A model generated the notes under the pieces. That model had not been told where the DNA came from and made no database searches. It saw only the letters and a list, made by a program, of their open reading frames with translations. The position numbers were made by a program, and so were the translations under genes. 64,000 bases of DNA from Microthyrium microscopicum. Its lineage: Eukaryota. Positions 1-13,054 of the stretch are shown in pieces (within the stretch, counting starts at the first letter, position 1; every line of letters begins with the position of its first letter). The stretch covers positions 1,453,275 to 1,517,274 of the forward strand of contig MU004234.1 of assembly GCA_010405405.1 (NCBI GenBank). Direction: 5' to 3'.

Positions 1-140
1 AAAACAAAACGAGAGGTATAAGGAGACAAGCCCTCTTCTTCTCCATTACTATGTCAAGGCCTAATGCTACAAATATAGCATCCAACACTGATACCAACCG
101 CGTCCACTCATAGTATCTGGCAAGCACAGGACTTATTCTG

Positions 141-995
141 CTACATGACGGTCGCCCAATAGAGACCGCGTGATGGGACTGAGGCTGTATTCTCCTCTTT
201 ATCATTCTCGTCTGTGTCCTCCACCTCCATGTTCTCCACCTCCTCATCGACCTTCTTCGGCGGGCTGTCAGATTTGCTCCCTGACCGCGAAACTGTTACT
301 CCGGAAAGTTCGGCAGAACTCGTCTGTGCTTGCTTGACAACAATAGCATCATCTTCCTCAGGTTTTGGTTCCACCTTCTCACGACTACGCTGTTTTTTGG
401 TGTATTCAGCCACAGATGCCGCTTGATTCCTGTTAGTAGTCCGAGGCCGGAAGCGGGTGCGTTTCGTTTTAGGTTCAGCAGTCTCCTGGCCGTCAGCAGC
501 TGGTCCAGCTCTCTTGTTTCCTGAAGCCGCGGATCCAGAGCGCTGACCGGATAGTCCGCCCTCCCTTTCCTTCGCCTCTGGCTCTGCCTCCCCGTTCTCC
601 GCTGGTTTCTGCGCCGACTCATGCGATTTCGGCGAACTACCTTCCTGATACTCATACGGATCCCCATCGCCAGGTCCAGGAGCGCCCGCCGGAAGTGGAT
701 CCGTCTCAATGACAAAAAACCTCCCAGGACGTCGCTCCTGCATAAAATTGACAATGTACGATTCATCGTATACTAGATTCGCCATTTCAGGAGATTTGCA
801 AACATATGCCTTGTAAGCTCTATGCCATTCGCATTTTGTGATACCGTCCACCTTATGGAGGTTTTTCCATATTTTCTGGTGGTTAGCTGCGTTGACAATT
901 CGGTGTGGGTATATCAAGCGGTTGGCGTATGTTGCCCATTGCATAGCGAACTGAGTTTGCTCGGGAGTCAGCTTTGGAGTCTTGGGGCGCGGCAT
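141..995 (-). CDS. Hypothetical protein (284 aa): aromatic-rich N-terminal ~100 aa, then a charged low-complexity tail
   Basis: Uninterrupted ATG-initiated ORF; no family recognised. Confidence 0.6.
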   Translation of the reverse strand: MPRPKTPKLTPEQTQFAMQWATYANRLIYPHRIVNAANHQKIWKNLHKVDGITKCEWHRAYKAYVCKSPEMANLVYDESYIVNFMQERRPGRFFVIETDPLPAGAPGPGDGDPYEYQEGSSPKSHESAQKPAENGEAEPEAKEREGGLSGQRSGSAASGNKRAGPAADGQETAEPKTKRTRFRPRTTNRNQAASVAEYTKKQRSREKVEPKPEEDDAIVVKQAQTSSAELSGVTVSRSGSKSDSPPKKVDEEVENMEVEDTDENDKEENTASVPSRGLYWATVM

Positions 996-2591
996 CGTAG
1001 CTTCTCAGGTCAGAGGGCTCGGAAGAGAGTGGTATTGCAGGTCGGAGGATGATGAAGAGGTTATGAAGAGCTTATAATTGTACTGTACGTGTAAGAGGAG
1101 TGAGTTTGCAGTGTTGAAAGGTGATGATATACATGTGTATTGAAGCTGGAGCAAATGGCTTGCTTGGGGCTTGTGGAGTTATTGCCAAACACGTTTAGAG
1201 GTGCCGGCGGTAACTGAGATTCTCAAGCCTGAGTAAGTACAACATTTGGAGAATAAATCGGCGAGGAGTGTCTTATAAATAGCAGTTAAGATGTAAGATA
1301 ATGGTTACGATCGGACATTTCGATGTTTGAACCATGGTTGGCAATCGCTAGTGTACCTCAAACAAGGACAAATTCCATCTCGTGAATACGTGCAGTAAAT
1401 GTCCATTGTTATCTTACTGCTACATAAGTGTACTCATCCGAAGTTGAGTAATACCAGATGAGGAGGAAAGTGCCCACCATAGGGAAAATGAAGAGGTCGA
1501 GCCCCTTCGACCCGGTTCTGCTAAAATGCGCCAAAGTATGCCCAACACAAGCTTGATGATTTGTCGAGTCTTACAAATAACTTGTATTTTGCTCGCGCTT
1601 CATAGTGATAGTAGTCAGAAGTGTCGTGGAATGCCGTTTATTTCGTGTAGTTGGTCCTATCATACTCCTTGAGTGTGGCATTCCAGTATCGAGTTCTTGC
1701 GAAGTTCTTCTGTCGGACGTTTCTGAGTCTCATACTCTTCATTTTGATCACAGCCTTTGCAAAATCAATCAATACCCCGGAGCTCTTTCAATCGTCGGAT
1801 CGCGCCTCTTGTGCATCCTATTAAGTATCGTTTAACCGGCAGAAACTTCCAAGGGCCGCAGACAGTAGCATGAATTCTTTCCGGAGTGCGATCTTCTGAG
1901 TTGATCTACTAAAAAAAAACTGGGCGCTACACAAATACTTTCGTTCTCCTTTCAAAGTTGCGATGAGTCTAACATGTGATATTTTTTCTCCCTAGCCAAT
2001 TCAGCACGTTGAGCTTATCAGTTGATCCTCCGTTGAACCAGGATGAAGAGCTTGGTCGCTACAATGATGTTTCTCGAAATCTGAAGGCTCACATCGGATC
2101 GCACCAATGCGAATCTTATATCATCTAACCATTGCATTTCGAACACCCAAAGATCAAATAATCAAGAGATGAAGTTAGGAACATGTCTCAGCTATTTTGA
2201 CAGTCAGGAGAAGAAACAATTTTGTAAACAACCACCCTGAGCTAGTCCCGAAGCAGTCTAAAGCGTGCATATCAACCGAGGCATGGATCATCCTCCTACC
2301 CCGACTTGACAGGTGTGCAGAATCTCATCTTCTCCAAAGGTCTTCCATGCAGCCTTTCTAAAGTACTCCGCGATCACGTCAACCAAGGTTTGTATCACGA
2401 ACTTTTACATCACTCTACCTTTCATCTTACACACTCCCCCAAACACCCTCAAATGGACTGCTTATGGACTGGCGCACTATCAATACACCAATAGCTTCTA
2501 AGCCAAGAACTTTCCGTGGTTATCTAACAGGATCCGCGAACGTAACTATTAGCAAATCGCACGTATTCTACCGCGCAATCTAGAAGCGCCA

Positions 2592-3527
2592 ATGGCGTCC
2601 ATCAATAAAACAGAGTTAGCGACCGAATCTGAGAACGTAATAAAAACTACTTCCTCTGCTGCTGCTGTGCAAAATGGCTCTTCTTCTCCCTCTGCTTCTC
2701 TCCGCCCTAGTGCGCTGAAAAATAAACTACCCCTCCCAGAAGACCACGAACAAGGTGTGAGAAAAACAGTATCGTTTCCCAAATTAGCCGGAGCCGGCGG
2801 GATCAAGATGGTGAATGCAGATGCCCGTGGTGAAGAGCTGGATGGCAGTGCGGATGAGCGGACTGTTCTAGTTGGCGAGGAGCAGGGCGTGCGAGATTAT
2901 GGGAGTAGTTCGACACGAGCTGCTGATCGATCAACTGGTTTGGAAAGAGTAGAAGGCGCGCTGGGGTTGAAGAAAAGGAAACCTACACAAACACGCCGGG
3001 TGCGCGCAGATGGAGAGGCAGGAGAACTAGGCTGGTGGGCACGTATGGCAGAGAAATATGGCAGCGTGGAACTCGAGAATAAAGGAAGTGTGGCACGGGA
3101 TCATCTCGCACTCGGTATGAACTCTTCTCTCATAAGCAACCTCCGATTAAAGAACTAATCAGCATGTTTTATAGAGCGAACATTCCTAGCCTGGCTTCGC
3201 ACATCTCTCTCCTTCGCCAGCATTGGTATTGCTGTAACACAACTTTTCCGCCTAAACACATCTCTCGGGAAGGTCGACCCCAACCACCCAGCCATGAGCC
3301 AACTGCGCAAAGTGGGCAAACCACTTGGCGCCACGTTTATTGCTATTGCGGTGCTTATACTCTTTGTCGGATTTCATCGGTATTTCGAGTCGCAGCATTA
3401 TATAATACGTGGGAAGTTTCCTGCTAGTAGGGGAAGTATATTCTTGGTTGCGCTGTTGGCTTTTTCACTGAGCGTGGCGAGCTTGGTGGTCGTGTTGGCC
3501 ATTGGAGGACAACAGCTTGGATCGTGA
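2592..3527 (+). CDS. DUF202 (YidH/VTC-like) membrane protein, 2 exons
   Basis: Intron 3115-3174 (GTATGA...CTAAT...TAG) joins ARDHLAL to [12 protein letters not shown], the DUF202 signature; three hydrophobic helices follow. Confidence 0.88.
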
Positions 3528-5200
3528 TGATTTGAGAGGAAAAGAAGTGACTGAAGAACACTAATGAAAGGGAAATGATTGTATCAAGGCTGCTGAGAGC
3601 GCTCAGCGAATACATTGAGACACTTTTCACTACGAGACAGAAGTCATTCGACTTGACGACGTCGAATACAGCGAAGCAACTTCTCAAGCGGCATCTTACA
3701 CCAACAAGAGATCCTACAACACCAAAGACATCACGCCAACAGAATCAGATATCTTACACCGACAGACCTGGTTTTCATACACAAACAGAAACGTTGCATC
3801 AATATCAATACTACCCGAAAGTCCGCCCTTCTATGCAACAACCTACCGCCATGTTCACACACCAGATCATGTTCACGGTTCGAACACCGCTAATTTGCAT
3901 GGAGTTCACATCACATTTCTCGGCATATACCGGAGTTTTGAATTTTCATGTGGACACCCTTTGCGTCTAATTTCAGCATAATAATGTATTTATAACAAGC
4001 ATGAATGATATATCTTCACATCAAAGTGATCGACCTGCATGTTTGCTTCTTTCAACGATAGTTGAACGCGATGCGTTAGGTACACTTGGCTAACAATGTC
4101 CATCGTAATGACATCCCCAGTAGTTCAAGCGATGTTACAAAAAGCCGTTGACGGCTGCTCGATATGAGAATAAGCTAAGAATATTTGAGTAGTTTGAGCT
4201 AAGAAAGAAGCTACTCGGGCCGGCACATCTACCGCCCTAAACGGACGTCATTGAAGTCACGATGTGTCGATGGTCGAATCATCGTTTTGAGATATTCTTC
4301 CTGGAATTGAAGTGCTCAGAAGACATTGTAGTTCGAGAAGAAATTTCTGTGTTACCAGCGTTCAGAAGAGAAATACAAACAGATCTTCATGCAATAAGCC
4401 AAATGCAAGATGGCTCCATGCCGCTTCGCTTCATGCCGCTCTATGCTTGAATGATAAACATTTTGGCTCGAGTCAGTCGTTACCGTGCTGAAGGATTGGC
4501 ATGTAAGATAAGCCTCTAATGTAAGGCGTAATTGCTTCGTTTGTACCTTTCTTTGAGGTCTAGCAAAATCCACAGTGGTTGCAAACGAGAGCCTCGTGGA
4601 TATATTTCCGCAAAGTGGATTTGATTACGGTTCCGAACGGTCAATTTTATCCACCAGCCAAGGAAATGTTCTGCGCAATTTTTGGAGTTCAAGGGGAAAC
4701 GAAGCAGAAATATGTAAAACACTTAGTCTCCCAAGATTTGAAGCTTTGAATGTCAGCTGAAGATCGCTGACTTGAAGCTGCAAAAAGGCTGCGAAAAGAC
4801 GGGACAGTTTCAATGGTCTACCTTGTCTACCAATGACGATAGTCTCCAAAATCTCAAAAGATTTTTCCCCGCATACTCATTAACTATCATTGGAGTATTT
4901 CGAAGATCTGAACGCGTTATCCATGAAGAAAAAGTGCTCAGAGTTTTTCATTTGTTTCACCCCTGTGGAATAAATGAAAAATGGCAGAAGATCTATCGTA
5001 TGGTTAAAGGGTGTTGGCAGCTTGGCAACGAATCAGCCAGTGAATAACGATACCAGTGGCATCATTCTCCATTTTCCCTGGACCCAAAGATTTGGGACGG
5101 TGAAAGCTGGGGAAACGCTGTCAGAAGAACCAATAACCAGACTCTAACTTCAGTGGCAAGACAGTCGGCTCTTGGATTCCTTGCTCACGGGGTTCACTGT

Positions 5201-5495
5201 TGACGGAATACGGTCCGTGTAGCTTAGGGAATGCAGAATTGGTGAAGGGAATATTAAAGAATCTAATTAATTAACTACTATAATAATTATAGTATTTATA
5301 CCCTATTAAAGACGTAAAACGTATCTTCTTAAAGCTTAGAATTTAAGCTATAATAAAAGTAAAAGTAATATATAGAAAAAGATAGAAAAAGTAAAAAAAT
5401 ATAATAGCTAATAAAGATTAAATTTTAGTATTTCTACTTTCTAATCCTAAATTAGAATTAATATAAATTTAAAGTTTAGAATAAATCTTCTATTA
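5201..5495 (-). repeat. 3' LTR of the Copia element (295 bp)
   Basis: Colinear with 12760-13054, differing mainly by C/T and G/A transitions. Confidence 0.95.
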
Positions 5496-8400
5496 TACTC
5501 CTTAAGTTTTTAATTTATAGATTTTAAGATATACTTAGTATTAAGTATAAAGAAATATTAATTTTTAGATTTTCTAAGACTAAGCTACTAAAATATTAAA
5601 ACTAGTTAAAATAGAAAATAAAGAGTACTATTAAATAGCCTTAGTATAAGAAATTTAGCTTATATAAAAATATAGAAGATTTAGTAATTTATAATAATAA
5701 TAAAAGTATTTATAACGTTCTAAAAAGAATCTTTTTAAGTTAATACTAAGTACTCTATATTTACTAAATTTAGTATTTTTCTAAACTTCTTATATTTTTA
5801 TAAAGAAAAAGCTTTTATTAAACTATCTACTAGTATCTTATCTATAAGAATTTATTTAATAAAGATATATCTCTTTATAACTTTTTAATAAAGCTAAAAC
5901 TAATATATATTAACGTACTTTAATCTAAAAAATAAAAGCTAAGCCTACTTTATTATAATACTTACTATTTAGGTATTATTATTTAATATTAGCATTTTAA
6001 TATTAGAATTAAACTTAAGTTATAAAAAAAAATATTAGATTAAGATTAGCTTTTTTAAGGCGTTTAAAAAAGATAAAAGTTTTACTTTTATTATAAATAT
6101 TAAGATTATTTTCTAGCGTAAAGATTATTAGCTAATAAGTCTTTTAAATAGGTTAAATAAAAAGCTCTAAGTTAATCTTTAAGTCTCCTAATTATTTATA
6201 AATATAGTATTATAAGCTATAAAAAATACTTTTTTATTAGTAGTAAGTACTTTAATAGTTTTATAATACTTAAGTATAAAATATTTTATTACTTAAAGAT
6301 ATAGAATAGTTTTCTTAATCTTATAATAGTAAAGCTTAAAAGAATTCTAATTAAAATAACTTAAATAAAAGGCTATATAATAAATATTTAGCCTATATAT
6401 TATTATAAAGTAGATTATAAAGCTATAATATATTTAAAAAGTATAGATTTAATTTTTAGATATCTATTCTTTATTTAGAATAAGTTTAATAAGATTTAAG
6501 ATAGAAATAACGTATTTAGTCTTTTTTATAATATTAAGCTAGAATTTAGTACTAATTTTATTAATATACTAGTTCTATAAAATCTAAAGCTTTTAATTAA
6601 CTTAATTTTAAAGTATTTAAATATTAAGAAAGCTTTTTAAGGTATCTAAATTCTTTATAGCGTAGTATATACTAAGTTTATATTTTATTTTATCTACTTT
6701 TACTTAATATATTTTTAATAAGAAAAAAAGAAAGTTATTAATATAATAAAAGAAAAAGATAGAATACTAAATATATTTAAAAAGATAAGAATCTTTTAAA
6801 ATAGACTTAAACTTTATTATATAAAGGATAGCTCTTATATCTTAATACTATAGTAATAAAAATCTTAATAGTCTATAAAAAGTATAGTAAAGTAGTAAAA
6901 CCTTTCTAGGAATATTAAAGTCTTTAAAGTATTAAACTAAAACTATTTTATCTAGAATAGTATTTAGAAAGGTATTTATAGTATTAAATTAATAAAGATC
7001 TAGATTAAATATAGCTATTAGTATAAAAATTATATATAATATATAATAAGCTCTAGTAGTAGTATAAATTTCTAGTTTTAGATTTTAGTACTATAAATCT
7101 TCTTTTATATAGATTCTAGCTTTATATTTAAGAAGGAAGCTATTTAAATTATACTTCTTTAAGAATACCTACTTTAAGGGTAGAATAGACTTATTAGTTT
7201 AAGGAGTATAAACCTCTTTAAATATACTTTATTCTTAAAATATTTTAATTTTAATTCTAGTAGTTAAAAGATACTAGTCTTAATTAAAGCATTTTATTAT
7301 TTTAGACTACGTTTTTAATAATTCTAATATATCTCTTTTATAGTAGCGTTAAACTAAAGCTATAAAGAATATATAATATAATAAGATAAGAAAGTAAGAT
7401 TTATAAAGTATTAGATTAGTAGTCCTTAAGAATTGTAAAATATAACTATTTCTTATAGTATATATAAAGATATTTTAAGAAGCTTAAATCTCTTATTTAT
7501 ATTTAGTAATATACTACTATTTTAAGTAAACTATTAAGATAGCTAGTAGTAGTACTAGTAGAATTATAAAAGTAGAATTTTTTAAAGTATCCTTTCTTAA
7601 TTTAATATATTCTTAAGTAAGTAATAGACTTATAGAGAATATTAAATATTATAAAGAAGGCTAAGATAGTAGTAATAGTATAGAATTAAGTATTATTAGC
7701 TAGTTATTAAGTATAAGTTAATTAAAATTGTTTTTAAAAGTCTAATAGCTATCTTATTTTTATTATTAAGTATCCTATACTTTTTAATTTTAATTAAGCT
7801 ATTATTCTATTTCTTATAGGTTAAATATACTACTACTAACATCTATTTTAAGATAAGAAAGTAGTATATTTAAAAGTATATTAATAGATTAGTTATTAAT
7901 TATAATAAGTATAGTAGTATTAAATTTAATAGTTTTATTAATTATAATATCTTATACTTTAATAATATAGTTATTTAAAGGAATCTAAACCCTAAAGATA
8001 TTACTTCTAGTATAACTTATTAACTAGCTTTTAATTAAGTAAAATTAAAGCTTTTTAAGCTTTAGAATATTAAGATTATAAATATAGACTTTTAAGCTAA
8101 TAATTTAAACTAATAAGAAATCTAGTACTTATTTAAATACTATCTTAAAGAGTATTCTTTAGTTTAGCTACTTCTTTAAGATCCTATTAAGTAGATAGAC
8201 TATTAAGTAAGTAAGTTTAAACTATAACGCATCTAGAAAGCTATTATATTATTTTAGTACCTTTATAATAGATATTAGGATTTATCTTAATACTTTTATA
8301 GAACTATTTTATAAAGTAATATAGAGTATAAATAGTTTTTTAATAATACTATTTAGCTAGATCTTATTATCTTACTTTTTACCTATTATAGCTTTATAAT

Positions 8401-9236
8401 TCCTATAGATTTAAAAGACCTTATATTTAATATTACCTACTTTGTAACCTATATTTTTAATAATAGTAAGTACATAATATAGAAATTAAATATAATTCTC
8501 TTATATCTTCTAAAGAAGTATTTCTAATAGATAGAACTTTATAATAATATAGTAAGTATAAATAATCTAGTAATTATTATTATAGCCTTTCTTAACCTAA
8601 ATTAGATTAATATAAAGCTTCTTAAAGGGCTTTAAGCCTAAATCTATTAGTTAATATAAGATCTATTTCTTCTACTTTATTTTAATATAGATTTTATAAA
8701 AATAGTTATTATCTTTAGTATCTCTAAAAAAGGTAATATTTAGAGTAATTTTTACGCCTTTAGTAACGTATTCTATATAAGATACTATAGCTTTACTAAT
8801 ATAATTTATTTATTAGTGCTATTTAACTATAAAAGCTATAGAAATATAAGGAAGTAATAATATTATAAGAAAAATATAGTAAAGATTATTTTTAAAGAGA
8901 AAGTAAATATTAAAAGAAATAATTTTAACTAAAAGCTTTCCTATTTCAATATACTTAATTTAGCCTATTTTATTATTCTAATAATATCCTATAGTTTTTA
9001 TCTTATAATAAGAAGCTAGATTTTTATAAAAGCTAAGTATATAAGTAATATTATAGAAAGTAACTATTTAGTATCTTTTAAACCCTAAAATAGTAATATC
9101 TATATTATTATATTCTATAACCTATAAGGAGACTTTATTATAGATTAAACAACTAAGAATATTCTTATATATTTTAAAGTAAGATTTATTATTATAAATA
9201 TATATATCTACTCTAAAATCTAGAATAAACCTTCTA

Positions 9237-10021
9237 TCATCGGCAAAAGTTAAGCTCAGCTTAGGAAGAGGAGATATCCTAGTAGTCCTAAGGAATTCTA
9301 TAAGTCCTAGCAGGTCCTAGCAGGTTCTATAAGTCTACTATTATTAGATTAAAAACGTTTCTATTATTATTTTACCTCCTAGTTGGGCTTAGCGTATAAT
9401 TTATATACCATTTTGTAGCCCTAGATTAGGGCTATATTATTATGTAATTTATATTACCCTAGCCCTAATAGCCGTCGAGATGCAGCAATTATCATTTTAC
9501 TAAAAATTACTTTTATAATAACTTCCTAATTAGGCTAGCTATGATAATATAAGTAATACCGTTAGATAGAGCTCGTTAAGACGAGTATTATTATATATAG
9601 GTTATAGATTATTAAAGCCTTATTGCCGTTTGCAGCCTAGATATAAAAAGTGTGGCTTAACAACCTAAAGTTTAAGTGGCGTTTTATATCTTCTATCCTT
9701 ACTAACTCTCTGAAACCTTAACGGATTTGGCTAGTTCTTTTAAATTACCTATGAAACCTATTATTTTTACCTATAGGCGAAAGGACAGTATCCATATTAG
9801 GCTAGATAGCTAGTAATCTTTAAGGGAAGGTTGGACTTAGAGAATCTCGTTGTTGGTTTGATGTTCCTTGCCAAGCCAAGATCCCTGTTAGCTCCCTCGT
9901 CCTGCCACTCCTGCCAGTCCTTAGGTGACAAGTTAACCTGACATGTTGGACATAGACTAACGGACTAACGTCCTGGCAGGCACCTGCCAGGACTGCCAGC
10001 GGAGCTTAACTTTCTTAATAA
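9237..10021. mobile_element. Nested non-autonomous TIR element (MITE-like, ~785 bp) inside the Copia gag/protease junction
   Basis: Perfect inverted core AAAGTTAAGCTC (9246-9257) / GAGCTTAACTTT (10002-10013), extendable to ~20 bp allowing RIP changes. Subterminal CCTGCCAG/CTGGCAGG-type repeats at both ends; visibly more GC-rich than the flanks; candidate 3-bp TSD CTA/TTA. Confidence 0.75.
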
Positions 10022-11394
10022 TTAAGAAATATCTTAACTACTATAAATATTATAACTCTTATAATTACTATTTTAATACTTATATATTTAATTAATTTAG
10101 GTAGTTAGTTATTATTACTATACTCTTATTCTTACTCTCCTTAAAGAATATAATTAACTTTAGCTTTAAGTATAAAATTCTTAAGGCTCTTCTTAATTTT
10201 AGCTTCTACTTTAGGATTAAAATACTATCTATTTAAATATTTATTAAGTTAAAAATAAAAGTAATTATTATAAAGTTCTATCTTACTATAAAGGTAAGAA
10301 AGAGTTATTTTTTTATTCTTTTAAGAACTCTATAATTTAGATATTAAGAAAGGTTAATAAGTATTTATAGTTAAGAAAGTCTTTTTAGATTAAGATATTT
10401 CTTTTTAAGTCTTTTTATTAAGGATAGTAATAAAAATAATACTAGATTATAATACTAGTATAGTTTTTTTATTATAAATAGTTTAATACTTCTTAATATA
10501 CTCTAAAAAGATAAGTTATTTATTTTTTATATAATAATAAGTAAACTATATCTAAGTACTAAGGTAAAAAGCTTAAGTAGCGTCTATAAAAATATTTATA
10601 AGCTATCTTTTAAAGATTCTATTCTTATTATAAAAAGAACTTTTTCTTTAAAGAGATATCTAGTAAGTTAGCTAGAGTTATAGTTTTTATTATTTATACT
10701 TTTTTTTTAAGGTATTAAATTCTTTATTTAGCTTTAAGATTATACTAGTTTAAAAAAAATAAATACTTTTCTAAAATACTTAAAATATATTTTAAGTCTT
10801 AAAGATATTAGTAATATAGTTTTAGAAACTTTTAAATACTATCTTATTTAGGAAGTTATTAATCTTAACTATAATATTTTTAGTATCTTAATACTCTTAG
10901 TAGTCTAAATTATATATCTATAATAAAATATTATATTTTTAAGTAAGAATTAACTTTACTATTTAAGTAAGTTAATTTTTATTATTCTTTATAAAAACTT
11001 AAGAAATAGTAAGTTTTACTAAGTATATTTTAAATAGGCATATTAGTTCTTTTAAAAAAAAACTAGTTTCTTCTAGATTAATATAATTCTATATATCTAA
11101 AGTATATATCTACTATTTTATAAAATTAATTTAAGTATATTAATTATTACTATTTTTTAATATAATTACTATAGAAAGATTATTAGTAATTACTATTTTA
11201 GATAATTCTTTTATAGAGTTTATATAGTATATTTAAAAATAATACCTAGCTTTCTATAAAAACTAATATTTTTAATACTACTCTAATTAGGAAGTAAGAA
11301 TGCTACTACTATATTAAGTTATTATAGCTTATTCTTTTAGCTTAGTAAGCTATTTTAGAAATATCTTTAATTTAGAAATATTATCTTAGTATAT

Positions 11395-12360
11395 AAAAGA
11401 AGAAGAAGAAGAAGTAAAGAAAAAGAAAAAGAAAGTATTTTATACCTTTTGGAATTAAGAAATTACCTATTTAAGTAATTTATATTAAGTCTATTTAGAG
11501 GAAGTATATATAGGCTTATAATAAGTATTTCTAATAAGTTATTACTTTATTTAAAAGATACTATCTTAGTATCTTTATATCTTTATTTAAGAGATACTAC
11601 TTTAGTATAGAAGAAGAAAAAGAAAAAAAAAAGAATAAGTAAAAGTAAAAGAAGAAAGATATTTATACTCTCTAAGTTTCTTAAATTCTCTCTTTAAGTA
11701 GTTTAAGCCTAGCGTTATATCTTTTTACTTAAAAATAAAATATAGAATAATTAGATACTTATCTATCTTTACTAAATATTTCTTTTACTCTACTTAGGAA
11801 TAAAATATAGAATAATTAAATACTTATATATTTTTACTAAATATTCCTTCTAGTTATAGTATACTAAGCCTAAATTAAAGTACTAAAGCTATTAGTATAT
11901 TCTAATACTACTAATACTAAGGCTATTAATATACTAAAGTAGTAAAGAGATTAAGTTTTTAAAAATAAGGACTACTAGTAGTTAAGTTCTTAAACTTAAA
12001 AGAGTAATAGTAATAAAAGAACTATTAAAGACTAAAAGACTAAATAGTAACTAAAAGTGATAAGAAGTATTACTTATACTTTACTTCTATAAATATTAAG
12101 GCTATTAATATATTCTAATATTATTAATACTAAGGTTATTAATATACTAAGAAAGTAATAACTTTTAAAGAACTATTAAGATTAAAAATATATTAAGAGC
12201 TAAATAGTAAAGATTATATAAATACTAAATATAGTAAGAAAAGTACTAATAAAAGTATAAAGCTTAAAGTATATAATAAAAAAGAGAAGAAAAAGAGGAA
12301 GAAAAGAGAGAATAGAAGGATATTTATACCTTTAAAGTTTATAAAATTACCTCTTTAGGT
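11395..12360. repeat. Internal direct repeats in the Copia 5' leader region
   Basis: Three purine tracts each followed by TATTT(T)ATAC (~11436, 11660, 12321); a tandem duplication of ~65-bp period at ~11730-11850; a duplicated block at ~11886-11940 and ~12098-12150. Confidence 0.7.
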
Positions 12361-12759
12361 AATTTCCTAATTTAATCTACTAATTCCTTACTCTTTCTTA
12401 CTATTAAATAATATAATAAGGTTCTCTTATTATTTTTTAATAATTTAAATAGGTATTATAAATAGTAAAGTAATAGAAAGAAATATAAGTTACTATAGAA
12501 AAAAATAAGTAAAGTAAAGTACTTTCTAACTTTAGTTTAAAGAAGTAATAGCTTTAAATAGTAATTCTAGCTTTAATAATAATTATAACTTTAAAAGTAA
12601 TATTATAAATTAATCTATAATCTAAATATTAAATATTAATATTAAAACTAGTATATAGTAATAGCTAGAATTTAAGAAATTATAATAATATAGTTTATAA
12701 AAGATTTATATATAGAATAATAAAATAATAAAGATATATTAAAATACTAAGCTTATAAC

Positions 12760-13054
12760 TAATAAAATATAGTTTATATAGCTTAAGAAATATAAAATTA
12801 ATAAAAAGAATATTAAAGAATCTAATTAACTAACTACTATAATAATTATAATATTTATACTTTATTAAAGACGTAAAATATATTTTCTTAGAGCCTAGAA
12901 TTTAGGCTATAATAAAAGTAAAAGTAATATATAGAAAAGAGTAGAAAAGGTAAAAAAATATAATAGCTAATAGAGGCTAAATTTTAGTATTTCTGCTTCC
13001 TAATCCTAGATTAGGACTAGCGTGGATCTAGGGTTTGGAACGAACCTTCTGTCA
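12760..13054 (-). repeat. 5' LTR of the Copia element (295 bp)
   Basis: Matches 5201-5495; ends in ...CTTCTGTCA; PBS-like sequence lies immediately internal. Confidence 0.95.

Larger units (their letters stand above)
5201..13054 (-). mobile_element. Full-length Ty1/Copia LTR retrotransposon, inactivated by RIP
   Basis: TG...CA termini; 5-bp TSD ACTGT (5196-5200, 13055-13059); two 295-bp LTRs. Minus-strand motifs recoverable by reversing transitions, in Copia order: gag CLCG-like knuckle (~10290); protease FILDFRVDIYIYNNKS, i.e. FILDSGADVHVCNDKS (~9180-9230); integrase ILYITL*NSSIK, i.e. APYTxxQNGxAE (~8300) and VYLLNR (~8190); RT YINN, i.e. YVDD (6734-6745); RNase H VDSLIK, i.e. ADGLTK (~5815-5830). 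PBS-like GTTATAAGC (from GTTATGAGC) at 12751-12759; purine tract next to the left LTR. Confidence 0.95.

Noticed and set aside
3575..3970. 131-aa ORF downstream of the DUF202 gene, and the many antisense ORFs overlapping called genes
   Set aside because: No protein-like features or family motifs; the antisense ORFs are shadows of real coding sequence.
9212..9239. 28-nt match (20 identities, the rest transitions) to the LTR terminus, suggesting a third LTR
   Set aside because: Similarity does not extend further. The segment encodes the protease motif (FILD...) and its last bases belong to the nested element's TIR, so it is best read as coincidence in RIP-simplified sequence.
5250..12800. AT-rich block as organellar insertion, centromere or contamination
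   Set aside because: LTRs, TSD and Copia domain relics explain it as a RIP-mutated retrotransposon.
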